This document shows positions 14,131 through 32,449 of a DNA stretch of 64,000 nucleotides, in pieces; position 1 is the stretch's first letter, and each line of letters starts with the position of its first letter. Origin of the DNA: the human T2T-CHM13v2.0 reference genome, Homo sapiens; assembly GCF_009914755.1 (NCBI RefSeq), contig NC_060947.1. One strand, given 5' to 3'. The translations under genes and the position numbers were made by a program. Under the pieces are notes generated by a model. The model worked only from the letters and a program-made list of their open reading frames with translations, searched no databases and had not been told where the DNA came from.

Positions 14131-14346
14131 TGTTCAGATGACGTGGGGCAGGCAAGCCCCCAGACTGGGGCTTAGCCTGGGAGAGTTCTTGGCTTTGCCC
14201 AGGAAAGAATTCAAGGGTGACTTGGTGGTATTAAACAGCAATCTTTTACTTAACTGGAGCTGTTCCTTGTGAAGCAGGGCTAACTCATTGACATAGTGCC
14301 CAGAGCCACATTTGTGGGCTGTTGGCAATTGTATTTATATCCACTT
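14131..14346 (-). mobile_element. ERV1 LTR fragment (MER31-like)
   Basis: gggcttagcctgggagagttcttggctttgcccaggaaagaattcaagggtg; recall only. Confidence 0.55.
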
Positions 14347-14459
14347 ATGGTCCCCTACCCACCTTAAATTTGGAGAGCCTCATGTAAAATCAGAAACAAG
14401 CAGGGGACTAGATTCCCTTATTGTCCTCTTTATGCCCATATTGTTTCATAATTATAAAA

Positions 14460-14889
14460 TGTTAGACAGGAACATAGGGTCCTTGGATGGAAGGATACCA
14501 CATAAATATATTCAGATAGATGAAAGGCAGAACTCTTTGTTACTTACAGCTCCAAATGAGAGAAGGCTGCCAGGTAGAGCCACACCTGAAGTTGTAACGC
14601 AGGATAGAGCTATACCTGTAGGAGGCAGTCCAGGTATGGCAAGGGAGGTTTCATGGGCTCCCTGTGGATTTGTTAATTTGAAACTTAGGCAAAAGGGCTG
14701 TCCCTAGTTGTCTGGTACCTATCCCTGTGGTGATTAGGGCAGGTACATAGTTGCCAGGAATGTGAGAGCCCCATAAGGGAAATGGTTGAGATGTGGATTT
14801 AATCAGCTGCTCAAGAAGAGGAACTGACTAGCCTCTAGCCAGGGCCTCAAAATTGGGTCAAGATGGCACTGAAGAAAACAAAACCCACA
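14460..14889 (-). mobile_element. Probable old LTR, unassigned
   Basis: TG..CA-bounded LTR-like segment; no TSD confirmed. Confidence 0.35.
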
Positions 14890-15162
14890 ACTGGTGGAGC
14901 CAAGATGGCCGAATAGGAACAGCTCCAGTCTACAGCTCCCAGCGTGAGCGACGCAGAAGATGGGTGATTTCTGCATTCCCAACTGAGGTACTGGTTTCAT
15001 CTCACTGGAGAGTGTCAGACAGTGGGTACAGGACAGTGGGTGCAGCGCACCGAGTATGAGCCGAAGCAGGGTGAGGCATCGTCGCCTCACCCGGGAAGCG
15101 CAAGGGGTCGGGGAATTCCCTTTCCTAGTCAAAGAAAGGGGTGACAGATGGCACCTGGAAAA

Positions 15163-15345
15163 TCAGGTCACTCCCACCCTAATACTGCGCTTTTCCAATG
15201 GTCTTAGCAAACAGCACACCAGGAGATTATGTCCCACGCCTGACTCGGAGGGTCCTACGCCCACGGAGCCTCGCTCATTGCTAGCACAGCAGTCTGAGAT
15301 CAAACTGCAAGGCGGCAGCGAGGCTGGGGGAGGGGCGCCTGCCAT
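15163..15345 (-). pseudogene. L1 antisense ORF0, truncated to 60 aa by a stop
   Basis: MAGAPPPASLPPCSLISDCCASNERGSVGVGPSE..IRVGVT* matches the primate L1 ORF0 N-terminus. Confidence 0.85.
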
Positions 15346-15920
15346 TGCTGAGGCTCGAGTAGGTAAACAAAGCGGCCAGGAAGCTCGAACTGGGTGGATC
15401 CCACCGCAGCTCAAGGAGGCCCACCTGCCTCTGTAGACTCCACCTCTGGGGGCAGGGCATAGCCAAACAGAAGGCAGCAGAAACCTCTGCAGACTTAAAT
15501 GTCGCTGTCTGACAGCTTTGAAGAGAGTAGTGGTTCTCCCAGCATGCAGCTTGAGATCGGAGAACGGACAGACTGCCTCCTCAAGTGGGTCCCTGACCTC
15601 CGAGTAGCCTAACTGGGAGGCACCCCCCAGTAGGGGCAGACTGACACCTCACACGGCCGGGTACTCCTCTGAGATGAAACTTCCAGAGGAATTATCAGGC
15701 AGCAACATTTTCTGTTCACCAATATCCGCTGTTCTGGAGCCTCTGCTGCTGATACCCAGGCAAACAGGGTCTGGAGTGGACATCCAGCAAACTCCAAAAG
15801 ACCTGCAGCTGAGGGTCCTGACTGTTAGAAGGAAAACCAACAAACAGAAAGGACATCCACACCAAAACCCCATCTGTACGTCACCATCATCAAAGACCAA
15901 AGGTAGATAAAACCACAAAG

Positions 15921-16938
15921 ATGGGGAAAAAACAGAGCAGAAAAACTGGAAACTCTAAAAATCAGAGCGCCTCTCCTCCTCCAAAGGAACGCAGCTCCTC
16001 ACCAGCAATGGAACAAAGCTGGATGGAGAATGACTTTGACGACTTGAGAGAAGAAGGCTTCAGACAATCAAACTACTCTGAGCTAAAGGAGGAAGTTCGA
16101 ACCCATGGCAAAGAAGTTAAAAACCTTGAAAAAAAATTAGACGAATGGCTAACTAGAATAACCAATGCAGAGAAGTCCTTAAAGGACCTGATGGAGCTGA
16201 AAACCACAGCCCGAGAACTACATGATGAATGCACAAGCCTCAGTAGCTGATTCCATCAACTGGAAGAAAGGGTATCAGTGACGGAAGATCAAATGAATGA
16301 AATGAAGCGAGAAGAGAAGTTTAGAGAAAAAAGAATAAAAAGAAATGAACAAAGCCTCCAAGAAATATGGGACTATGTGAAAAGACCAAATCTACACCTG
16401 ATTGGTGTACCTGAAAGTGACAGGGAGAATGGAACCAAGTTGGAAAACACTCTGCAGGATATTATCCAAGAGAACTTCCCCAATCTAGTAAGGCAGGCCA
16501 ACATTCAAATTCAGGAAATACAGAGAACGCCACAAAGATACTCCTCGAGAAGAGCAACTCCAAGACACATAATTGTCAGATTCACCAAAGTTGAAATGAA
16601 GGAAAAAATGTTAAGGGCAGCCAGAGAGAAAGGTCGGGTTACCCACAAAGGGAAGCCCATCAGACTAACAGCTGATCTCTTGGCAGAAACTCTACAAGCC
16701 AGAAGAGAGTGGGGGCCAATATTCAACATTCTTAAAGAAAAGAATTTTCAACCCAGAATTTCATATCCAGCCAAACTAAGCTTCATAGGTGAAGGAGAAA
16801 TAAAATCCTTTACAGACAAGCAAAATGCTGAGAGATTTTGTCACCACCAGGCCTGCCCTAAAAGAGCTCCTGAAGGAAGCACTAAACATGGAAAGGAAAA
16901 ACCAGTACCAGCCACTGCAAAAACATGCCAAATTGTAA
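15921..16938 (+). pseudogene. L1 ORF1p, disrupted
   Basis: MGKKQSRKTGNSKNQSASPPPKERSSSP..; in-frame TGA at 16248-16250; +1 frameshift near 16822. Confidence 0.95.
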
Positions 16939-17001
16939 AGACCATCGAGGCTAGGAAGAAACTGCATCAACTAATGAGCAAAATAACCAGCTAACATCAT
17001 A

Positions 17002-20803
<3,802 letters not shown>

Positions 20804-22887
20804 ACAATGAGAACACATGGACACAGGAAGGGGAACATCACACACCGGGGCCTGTTGTGGGGTGGGGGGAGGGGGGAGGGATAGCATTAGGAGATATACC
20901 GAATATTAAATGACGAGTTAATGGGTGCAGCACACCAACATGGCACATGTATACATATGTAACAAACCTGCATGTTGTGCACATGTACCCTAGAACTTAA
21001 AGTACAATAAAAAAAAAAAAAGAAAAAAGCCCCCACAATTGTATTACACACACACACACCTCTTCACATTGGTGGGAGGTCCCCTAGGACTGGGGCAGGG
21101 CTTTGTCAGCATACGTGAAATAGCTTCCATGATTCCCTTTGCTTTGGGTGGTTGCACTGTGGTGGCAGCAGTCTGGGAGCCAAGACAACAGAGATGTTTC
21201 CACTCTCAGAGAGAGCCCCGTTCTCTCAGGAAGGCAAAGTTTCCAGTGTCCCACTCAGTGGCCATGAGGGTAGGTCTGGAGCATGGGGTTGGGATGGGGG
21301 TGGGGGGACACTCATACGCTTGTCCTTAGTTCATTGACTGGAATGGTCTTGGGCGTCAGCTGGATGGCTTCAGCTAAGTTCCTGTTGCTGTAGCTGTGGG
21401 TTGGGGATGGGAGAGAGGGTCATCTACTGGGGGAAAACAGTCTCCTGAAACTGCCCATTCCAGACTGGGGAAAGACCGACCGATGGGAGAGGATATGTCT
21501 GAAGGCACAGAACATTATAGAACTGGCTCTCCATAGCCCTTATGCCATGCCCATTCACTCAGAGTAAATTGTAGTAAACTCTGCAAAAACAACAAAGTGT
21601 TTTGTAAATCAGTTAATTTCTTAAGCTTGCATGAACTAGTCATTGGCAACTTGATTGCTCCAAGAATGGCTCACTTGTTCACTTGGTCATTCTGTGACTT
21701 GGATTTTGGCAAAATGGCTCTTGATGAATTAACCAGGAGTCAAAATCATGACCGCCAACACCAAGCAATTAAGGTGAAGTCTTTGTTCATGGGAAGACCC
21801 TCTTTAGAACTTTCTCCATGGAGCCCTGTGTTCCAACGGGAGAAGGAAAATACTAGGATTTTATCCTTACATATCTGTGGGGACAAATCATTCTTGATCC
21901 TCCCAATGACCTTTTCTAGCTCTTTTTTTATCTGTACCTTCCTAATGAGATGCTAGGTAGGCAGAATGGGCAGAAAGAGCTGGGAGCATGGTCAAGTGTG
22001 GGGTCTTGGTGATGAATGGGGAGAACCACTGTAGGTACTTTTTTTTGTAGACAGTCCCCATTCCTAACAAACTCTGATACATGAATGATCAGATCCTTGT
22101 TTGGAGTACCAGCAGCAGTAGCTGAAGAAGCCTCAGAAGTCTTTAAGCAGCTCTTACCCAGGGTTCCCAGAAAGAATGCTTATGAATGCTGTTATAGCAA
22201 CAATTTCAACCAATGGGAAGTAAAGCCCAAATATTTCTGCCCGTTTCAGTTCGGTCAAGGAGGAGGAAATGGGAGAGAGTGAGGGAAGGAGGAACATCAA
22301 ATTTATCTGACCTCAATAACAGGACCAGTCTGTAGTATCCATACTCAGCTCCTTCCCAGCAAGAGATGAACTCATAGGGCTGTGCAAGGAGGAAGAGTGA
22401 CAATAAGCCTTACAGCTGGTATGTATTCGGAGGTTCTTATGTGCCAGTTACTGTGTAAATACTCGGTATATGTTGTCATTTACTCCTCACAACAGATATT
22501 AGTGTTTTCATCTTAAATTTCAGGAAACAGACACAATGCTCATTTTCCCAAGGCTCAAACTCAGAGGTGTCTGTGTTTTACTTGGCTATTCCTAAATTCT
22601 GAGATCAGGGCCTCCCTTGTGGGCCTAAAGGTTACTCTTGTCTTTTATGAAAGAGAGAGACAGTATATTATAGTATGCTAACTATAATGGTTATCAGCAG
22701 AGGCAGAAGCAATTTACATATTGTTTCTTTTTCTTCAATTTCCTTGCCTATAAAATGGGGATAACAAGCTTACTGAACAGGATTTTTATGAGGATTGAAT
22801 CAGATATTTCATTGAAAGACTGAGAGCAGAACCTGCCACATTGTAATCTTTCTTTACAAGGTTTAGATATTATTTCTGTTATTAAAT

Positions 22888-23921
<1,034 letters not shown>

Positions 23922-24262
23922 TAAATGGTGTTGTTTTAAATGTCCTTAATTAGTGAAATAAAAAGATAATAACCTATGTCAGGACCCAATTTTATTAACT
24001 TTATTAGTCCCTGACATCTCCAAGTATCAGAACCCCTGCCTTTAACCACTATGCTTTGTATGTGGAGTAGTTTCCCACCTTAAGACAATTGGTCTTAATT
24101 GCAATACAGAAAGGGAAGTGCTTCGTTAAATGTCCTCTGTATCCAGGAAGAAATACTAAGCTTGCTGCCTGGAAAACACTACACAAATCTAGGACCCATA
24201 TGTAAACATCATGCTGCTGAGATGGCATGGAGGGGTCAGGGCACTGGGGTGGGAGGAGGAAG

Positions 24263-24946
24263 TGTAACTGCCCAAGGGGTTTACCTTGCCCACTGCCTAG
24301 GCAGAGCCGATTTATGAAGACAGGGGAATTGCAATAGAGAAAGAGTAATTCATGCAGAACCGGCTGTGTGGGAGACTGGAGTTTTATTATGACTTAAATC
24401 AGTCTTCTCGAGCATTCAGGGAGCAGAGTTTTTAAGGATAACTTGGTGGGTGGGGGGAAGCCAGTGAGCCAGGAGTGCTGATTGGCCGGAGATGAAATCA
24501 TAGCGAGTCGAAGCTGTCTTCTTGTGCTGAGTCAGTTCCTGGGTGGCGGCCACAAGATCAGATGAGCCAGTTTATCCATTTGGGTGGTGCCAGCTGATCC
24601 ATCAAGTGCAGGGTTTACAAAATATCTCAACCACTGATCTTAGGAGCAGTTTAGGAAGGGTTAGAATCTTGTAGCCTCCAGCTGCATGACTCCTAAACTA
24701 TAATTTCTAATCTTGTGGCCAATGTTGGTCCTACAAAGGCAATCTAGTTCCCAGGCAAGAAGGAAGTCTGCTTTGGGAAAGGCTATTACCATCTTTGTTC
24801 AAACTATAAACTAAGTTTTTCTCCAAGGTTAGTTGGGCCTACGCCCAGGAATGAACAAGGACAGCTTGGAGGTTAGAAGCAAAATGGAGTTGGTTAAGTT
24901 AAATCTCTTTCACTGTCTTAGTCATAATTTTGCAAAGGCGGTTTCA
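24263..24946 (-). mobile_element. LTR8 solo LTR
   Basis: tgtaactgcccaaggggtttaccttgcc..tttgcaaaggcggtttca; exact 4-bp TSD gaag. Confidence 0.88.
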
Positions 24947-24954
24947 GAAGTATG

Positions 24955-25200
24955 GGAGTCAGTGTGGCTAAATAGGAGGAACAGAGACTCTCAATGCAGA
25001 CAGAGGGTTTCAAGTCACAGATCTGCCACTTACTGGATTTGTGACTTTAGGCAGGTTGTTTTAGCTTTCTGAGCCTCATCTGTACAATGGAATTTTCACA
25101 GTAATTAGTTCATAGGGCTGAAAAGAAGATGAAATGAAGAGATTCAAGTAGAACACTCAGAACAAGGCCTGCCATGCTGTAGGTGTTTAATAAACATTAT
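24955..25200 (+). mobile_element. MIR
   Basis: ctgccacttactgg..gtgactttaggcagg..ctgagcctcatctgtacaatgg. Confidence 0.75.
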
Positions 25201-25231
25201 CTTCCACAGTGATGATGATTAAGGGACTAAA

Positions 25232-25670
25232 TTTCATGCACGTCCATGTGAAGAGACCACCAAACAGGCTTTGTGTGAGCAACGGGGCTGTTTATTTTAC
25301 CTGGGTGCAGGCGGGCTGAGTCCAAAAAGAGAGTCAGTGAAGGGAGATAGGGGTGGGTGGGGCTGTTTTATAGGATTTGGGTAGGTAGTGAAAAATTACA
25401 ATCAAAGTGGGTTTTTCTCTTATGGGCAGGGGCAGGGGCCACAAGGTGCTCAGTGGGGGAGGTTTGGAGCCAGGTGAAGGAATTTCACAAGGTTAATTGC
25501 TCAGTTAAGGTGGGGCAGGAACAAATCACAATGGTGGAATGTCATCAGTTAAGGCAGGAACCGGCCATTTTCACTTCTTTTGTGATTCTTCACTTGCTTC
25601 AGGCCATCTGGATGTATACGTGCAGGTCACAGGGGTTACGATGGCTTAGCTTGGGCTCAGAGGCCTGATA
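25232..25670 (-). mobile_element. LTR7 (HERV-H) solo LTR
   Basis: tttcatgcacgtccatgtgaagagaccaccaaacagg..gcttagcttgggctcagaggcctgata; TSD ctaaa/ctaac. Confidence 0.93.
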
Positions 25671-26041
25671 CTAACCATAACAGATAGAATTTAAAAAGCA
25701 GAGGAACCAAAAACAGCCCACCACTCTCCTGAGCTGGGAGAATTTGCCCAGAATTCCAGGGATAGGTGTGTCCTAAGCTTCCGCTAGGTAGGGTCAATGC
25801 CCAGCAGCCAAGCCAGAAGGAAGATTTGGGCAGACACTGTCATTGGTGAACACGTAAGCTCCAGAGCTAGAATACTACTGATGATGGTGACTGGCTTTGG
25901 TTCTTCCGTCTGGTCTGACACCCAGAAAGCCGATCAGACTCACCGCTATGAACCTTCTAGTGCCACAGCAGGCCAGAAACCACAGCCCTGCCTCCCCTTC
26001 TCCTGAGTTCCCGGTGTGGGTGTGGTAGGGGCACGGGTGGA

Positions 26042-26862
26042 TTCAGTATTTCTGTAATGGAAACTAGAAACACGTAGCCCCACAGTAGCTGCATTCCAAA
26101 GGGGCAGAGATCTGACTTCCTTTGTTTCATGCTTTTAGAGACAATGACAGCAAGACCTCTCACAGGAAGTGCTAGGACCACTGGAGAGAGTGAATTCAAC
26201 TCTTGGCCAAAAACCTATGGGTGATCTTTCAGGCCTCGCCATAGGCAATTACAAAAGCTTTACCTGGCAGGGATCATGGGGGGACGTGCCCTCCCCACAT
26301 CAGACCTGATGCACAGCCGTGCATTGCAGTCTGTGAATGGAGTTGCAGTCAAGGACTCAGACGTCCCGAACTGATCATGCTCTCACACATGTCGGCATTC
26401 CTAGACCAGATGCCTCCATTTGGAGTCCGCCTTATCAGGAGCCTTTGGCAGAGGCCTTTCTCAAGCACCTGAGCTAAGACCTCTTGTTGCCATGGTGGGA
26501 GTGGGGGATGCCTAAAAATATTTTTTTCTTCAAGCTGACTCAGTACTCAGTACTTTTCTACTCCTAGCCCTTCCCTGTCACCTCCTCCTGCCCCTGGGTC
26601 CATAAAATGGCAGGAGCCTCTTGTTCAGGGCTCCCTTAACAGTGAGATGATGAAGCCCTGCATCCGTCAGACCCCTGTTGGAGCCACCCCATGTGGAAAA
26701 ATGGAATAATGGAGGAGTCGGTACTTTTTCTGGTTCAGTCCCTTGCTTATACTATCAAAGGCAGTTATTAAAGTCTGACTGTTACTTTTATTTTGACTCG
26801 TCTTAATCGACTACTCTGACACCCAGCAGCTCAGCTCTCTCTAGCTCAGCTGAGCTCTTGAA
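26042..26862 (+). mobile_element. Old ERVL-class LTR (MER74/MER54-like), boundaries approximate
   Basis: Preceded by a PPT-like gtaggggcacgggtggat; contains cataaaa (TATA-like) and attaaa; followed by a PBS-like tgg and the ERVL internal region. Confidence 0.5.
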
Positions 26863-29070
26863 AAATTGGAATGGCAAGCTGGGTAGTTGATTATGCACAA
26901 TGTCGTTTCTGAAGAGCAAAGAGCCTGAAAATCTCGTGGGGCAATTCACTAATGATGGGTGTAAGCAGACCTTGCAGGGCACTCCTGGAGGATGCTAATG
27001 GATTATTTGCCAGAGTCAGAGGATCTGACCGGGCACTCTGCCAGTGAGTCCTGGGAAGTGCTAGCAGACCTCACGTGGCACTTTACCAGCCATGCCAGCA
27101 GGTCTCAGGAATTGCTATTGTAAGTCACAGGGTATACTTGGAGGATGATAGAAAATTGTTTATAAAAGCTTTTGGTTCCAAGGTAACCATCGGTCCTCCT
27201 GTTTATCCCCATCACCTCGGCTGAGATAACCTAGTGGATCAAATAAGAGATCCAGCAGAGGGGCTCTAAGAAGCCACAGAAACAATTCCCTGGACACCGT
27301 TCTCTGATGATGGGGCCAGAAGTCGTTGGAGACCCTGTAAACTGACCTGTACCCCAAAACTATTCCTAGATCTAAGCAGTTCCCTGGGGCTGACGGACAA
27401 CATGCCATGCAGCATGTTACTGAGACTCATGCTTCTAATAAAAATAATGTAGAGCTCTTTAGAATCACTTTGTCCAGTGATCTCACTAGATAGGGTCAAT
27501 GCCCAGCAGCCAAGCCAGAAGGAAGACTTGCTTAGGGGAAGAAACCACAGAGACTTGGCTAGTTTGCTTCCATTACGAAAAAGGTAATCTTGTTAAATAA
27601 ACTTCATAAAGGAAAGTGGCTCCTTGAGGGGTACATCACTACAGACCCCCTCCTCCATAGTGCCTTGATAGTGGCCACTTTCTCTGAGGAGGAGGAGCAA
27701 GGTGGGGAGATGAGAGTGTATGTATACCAACGACCATCTCTTTCCTCAGCTGGGTACTATTTGGTCTCTGACAGATTTGGTCCACACATAATGAGTACCT
27801 AGTCACTGAAAAACATGTCTCAACCACCTTCGCAGAGACTATGGAGGTCCTGCAGCCCTCCTGGTGGTCTCTTGGGTCTACTACGAGGGAGTGGGAACGG
27901 TAGATGAGAAGATTAACCAGACTTAGATTTACGGGTTTGTTCATGCTGCTCCTGCTTGTTGTCAAGCCCAATTAAGCCACCTCCTGAGGTCAAGTCCATC
28001 AATCTGCAGTGTGATCCAGATCTTAACTCAGAAATTCTCAGGCACAGAAGAAATGGCTTCCGATAAAATAGCAAAATTTGACCCCTCCCCTCCAAAAAGG
28101 GAGCATAAAAATAGTACTTGAGTGCCCTCTTCTGGACTGTCTGGGCAAGGGCCTTCCCAAAGAGATCTCTGAGTCTGATTACTCAATAATGGAACCACGA
28201 AAGCAGATTGATGGGCTCCCCACTAAAAAATTCAGGGCCAAGTACCAGGCCATGGGGATTTGATAAGTGGTCCCGCTAGAGTCTGCACAGTGATGGCCTT
28301 CCACCTCTCCTGGTGGATTTGGAGACAAATCAGAGATCCTGAGCAACTTTTGCTCTGACACTCAGCTTTCAAATATAAACAAGATTAGGGGTTACAAACA
28401 AAAATCCAAAGATTTTAGGGGTTATAAACAAGATCCTTCTGTACTCAGGGGACCCAGAGGCCCTATGCCAAGGTTAGAGTTCAACTGAACAGTGGAGAGG
28501 AATTGCACTTCTTAGGCCTTTTAGATACCAGTACACAGGTGACTGTGATCCCCACAAACCCTTGCATCAAGATGAGGAGAAAACAGATCGTGTTCTCTGA
28601 CTTTGGGCTCCTACTAACCTCCGTTGTCATGGCCCCCACTACTGAATGAAATATTGGCAGTGATGTGTTTTCCATGTGCAGCCCCACTTGCCTTTGCCTC
28701 CAAGCCCTGACAGGAATTGCAATAGTTATGGCCATCTTAGTGAGAAATATAGAAGACCATGGACCCATCTGATGACCAACACCTAGTACTGTTGTTTCCC
28801 AAAAAACAATGTCAGCTGCCTAGGGGAGAAAAAGAATAATTGCCATCATTGCTGAGCTTAAGGAAGCCAAAATGTTTCATGAGACTGTTTCTCCATTCAA
28901 TAGCCCCATCTGGCCTGTGCACAAGACCTTGGTTTCTTGGAGACTTACCACTGATTTTAGGCAGCTCAATGCGTAATACCACCTTTGGCACCAGCAGTAC
29001 CTGACATTGTGACTATTACAGAGGCCCAAAACAGAGAGAACTTGGTATGCAGCAATTGATATTGCAAAGG
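26863..29070 (+). mobile_element. ERVL internal remnant: gag, protease, RT N-terminus
   Basis: Protease-like FLGLLDTSTQVTVIP (~28510); RT SPFNSPIWPVHK..WRLTTDFRQLN..PAVPDIV..WYAAIDIA (~28890-29065). Confidence 0.85.
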
Positions 29071-29713
<643 letters not shown>

Positions 29714-29779
29714 GAGCAATTTCTTAAAACTACTCCTCCCTGAATCCTCACTCTCACAGCCAGAGACCTAGTTGCCATC

Positions 29780-30544
<765 letters not shown>

Positions 30545-30549
30545 CCATC

Positions 30550-31285
30550 CATGATACCTTCTTCTTTCTCAGCCCCACATATATTATGTCACCATATCCT
30601 GTGTGCCCTTCCTTCAAAATATGCTCTGAATCTGGTTACTTACCACTTCCACTGTTGCCACCCATAACCAAACTGCTATCATCAGCTCTTCCCTAAACAC
30701 CTGCAATAGCTCCTTACTAGGCTCCCGCACTCACGCCTGATTCCCTCCCATCTGTTATCTTCATATTAAAAATAATACAGTGGCTTTCCACTATACCCTA
30801 GGATGTGATTTAAAATTCTTAGCATGGCCTTCAAAGCTTTGCCTAATCTATCTCCTGCTTAACTCTTCAAACTACTGGAGCCTCTCTTCTCCTCACTCCT
30901 CACCATCTAGTCACATGGCCCCTTTGGGAATATATGAAAACTTCCCAGCTTGGAATCACTGCCCATTATCTTTCACCTGGCTCATTCTTGTTTATCCTTC
31001 AGGTTCAGCTTTCATGTCCCTTCTTTGGAGTGGCCTTCCATGACCTACATCCTAAATTAGAAGTCTTTGTATTCTTTCTAGTTTTAGCATGTTCTTTACA
31101 TTGACATGCATACCACCAGTTTTGTATGTATTGGTTTATTGTCTGGCTCCCCAGTTGGGTGACCAATTTCATGAGAGTAAGGAAAGCATCTGCCTTGTTC
31201 ACTGATGTTATTACCAGCACCCAGCCTAGGGTTCAACAGGAGTAGGTGCTCAGTTAACGTGCGTTGAGTGAGTGAATAAATGAAT
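30550..31285 (+). mobile_element. L2
   Basis: Ends in ..gtaggtgctcagttaacg..tgagtgaataaatgaat, the L2 3' terminus. Confidence 0.8.
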
Positions 31286-31599
31286 AGAGTCTATGAGGTT
31301 GGTGTTTTTAGTTCAGAGTAGTTTGGTGATTCACTTGCTGCCACACAGCTAGCAAGCAGACATAAATGGGCAAGATCCCAGAATCATAGTTCCAAGGTGA
31401 ATGCATAATCAAGAGACTGCCAGGGGGTGAAAAATGGAAGGGGGCATGGAGTGTGAGACAGGTGAAAAGATTCCAGACCATTGATTCTAGGGAGATCTTC
31501 CCCCAGGGTGTGTTTTTTTGGGGGGTACATATTCAATATTCACATTTGTTGAAAAATAGCTTCTGATTTCATAATAAATATATATTGCTGAAAGACTAT

Positions 31600-32260
31600 T
31601 CCGGTTGGTAAGGATAACAGAAAATGCAGCGTTTCTTCGCTGAGGGCAGATTTTTTTCAGTTTATTGAAAGGAGGCAAGTTAAAAACGTGACTAGGAAAC
31701 TGCACGAAAGCTTTCTGCCATTCCCCTGATTGGAGCTAAGGCCTGTGGGGTGCAGGAGACACCAAGGTTTGGGTCGTGCCGGGACTATGCTCATATAGTG
31801 GAGAGTAGGTCTTGGTGACACAGCAACCCACAGGCTGCACATTGCCACCCACCCCTCACCCCAGCAAACTGCACATCATTCCGCCCCTACCCCACAGACT
31901 CCCCTTCACAATTCCCTAATCTGTATATTACCTCTCAGGCTCCACACATGCCCCACGCCAGCCCCCCTCTCCAAGCTCCACTTTACCCCACATTACCTCC
32001 TAGAATCACATCACCCCACAAATGGTGAGAAATGGCCATTTGTGAAAAGCGAGTTTGGAAGGTGCTGGTCAGGAGAGCCGGGTGCGAAGCCAGAACCCTT
32101 GGGCAGAGGCAGCATGAGGGTCAACTCGACAGCAGAAGGCGCCTGAGAGTCTCTCCGCAAAGGCCATGCAAGGACGCGCGCTCCTGTAAGTACAGCCTCC
32201 ATGCCCGGGTTAATTCCTAGACAGGTAGTGAGCCAATCAAGCCAGCCACCCACTTTCTAA
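31600..32260. promoter_or_regulatory. Candidate promoter/enhancer in unique sequence
   Basis: Local CpG retention; GC boxes (~31881, ~31951); palindrome AAATGGCCATTT at 32030-32041 (YY1-like); CTCF-like acagcagaaggcgc ~32129; gcgcgc; agccaatca ~32231. Confidence 0.4.
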
Positions 32261-32449
32261 AAAACAAAAAATCTACTCTTTCTCCTTGCCCTCCTCTGCT
32301 CAGCATCGTTCACTATGCCTCGAATATTTTAAATGGCCCTATGGATATCTGTAAAACAAAGGCTAGTAGTTATCATTATTATTATCATTAATCAGATATA
32401 TAGGTAAAAGGTGACCCTAGGAACAAAGCCAAGAATCTAGAGTAAGGAT

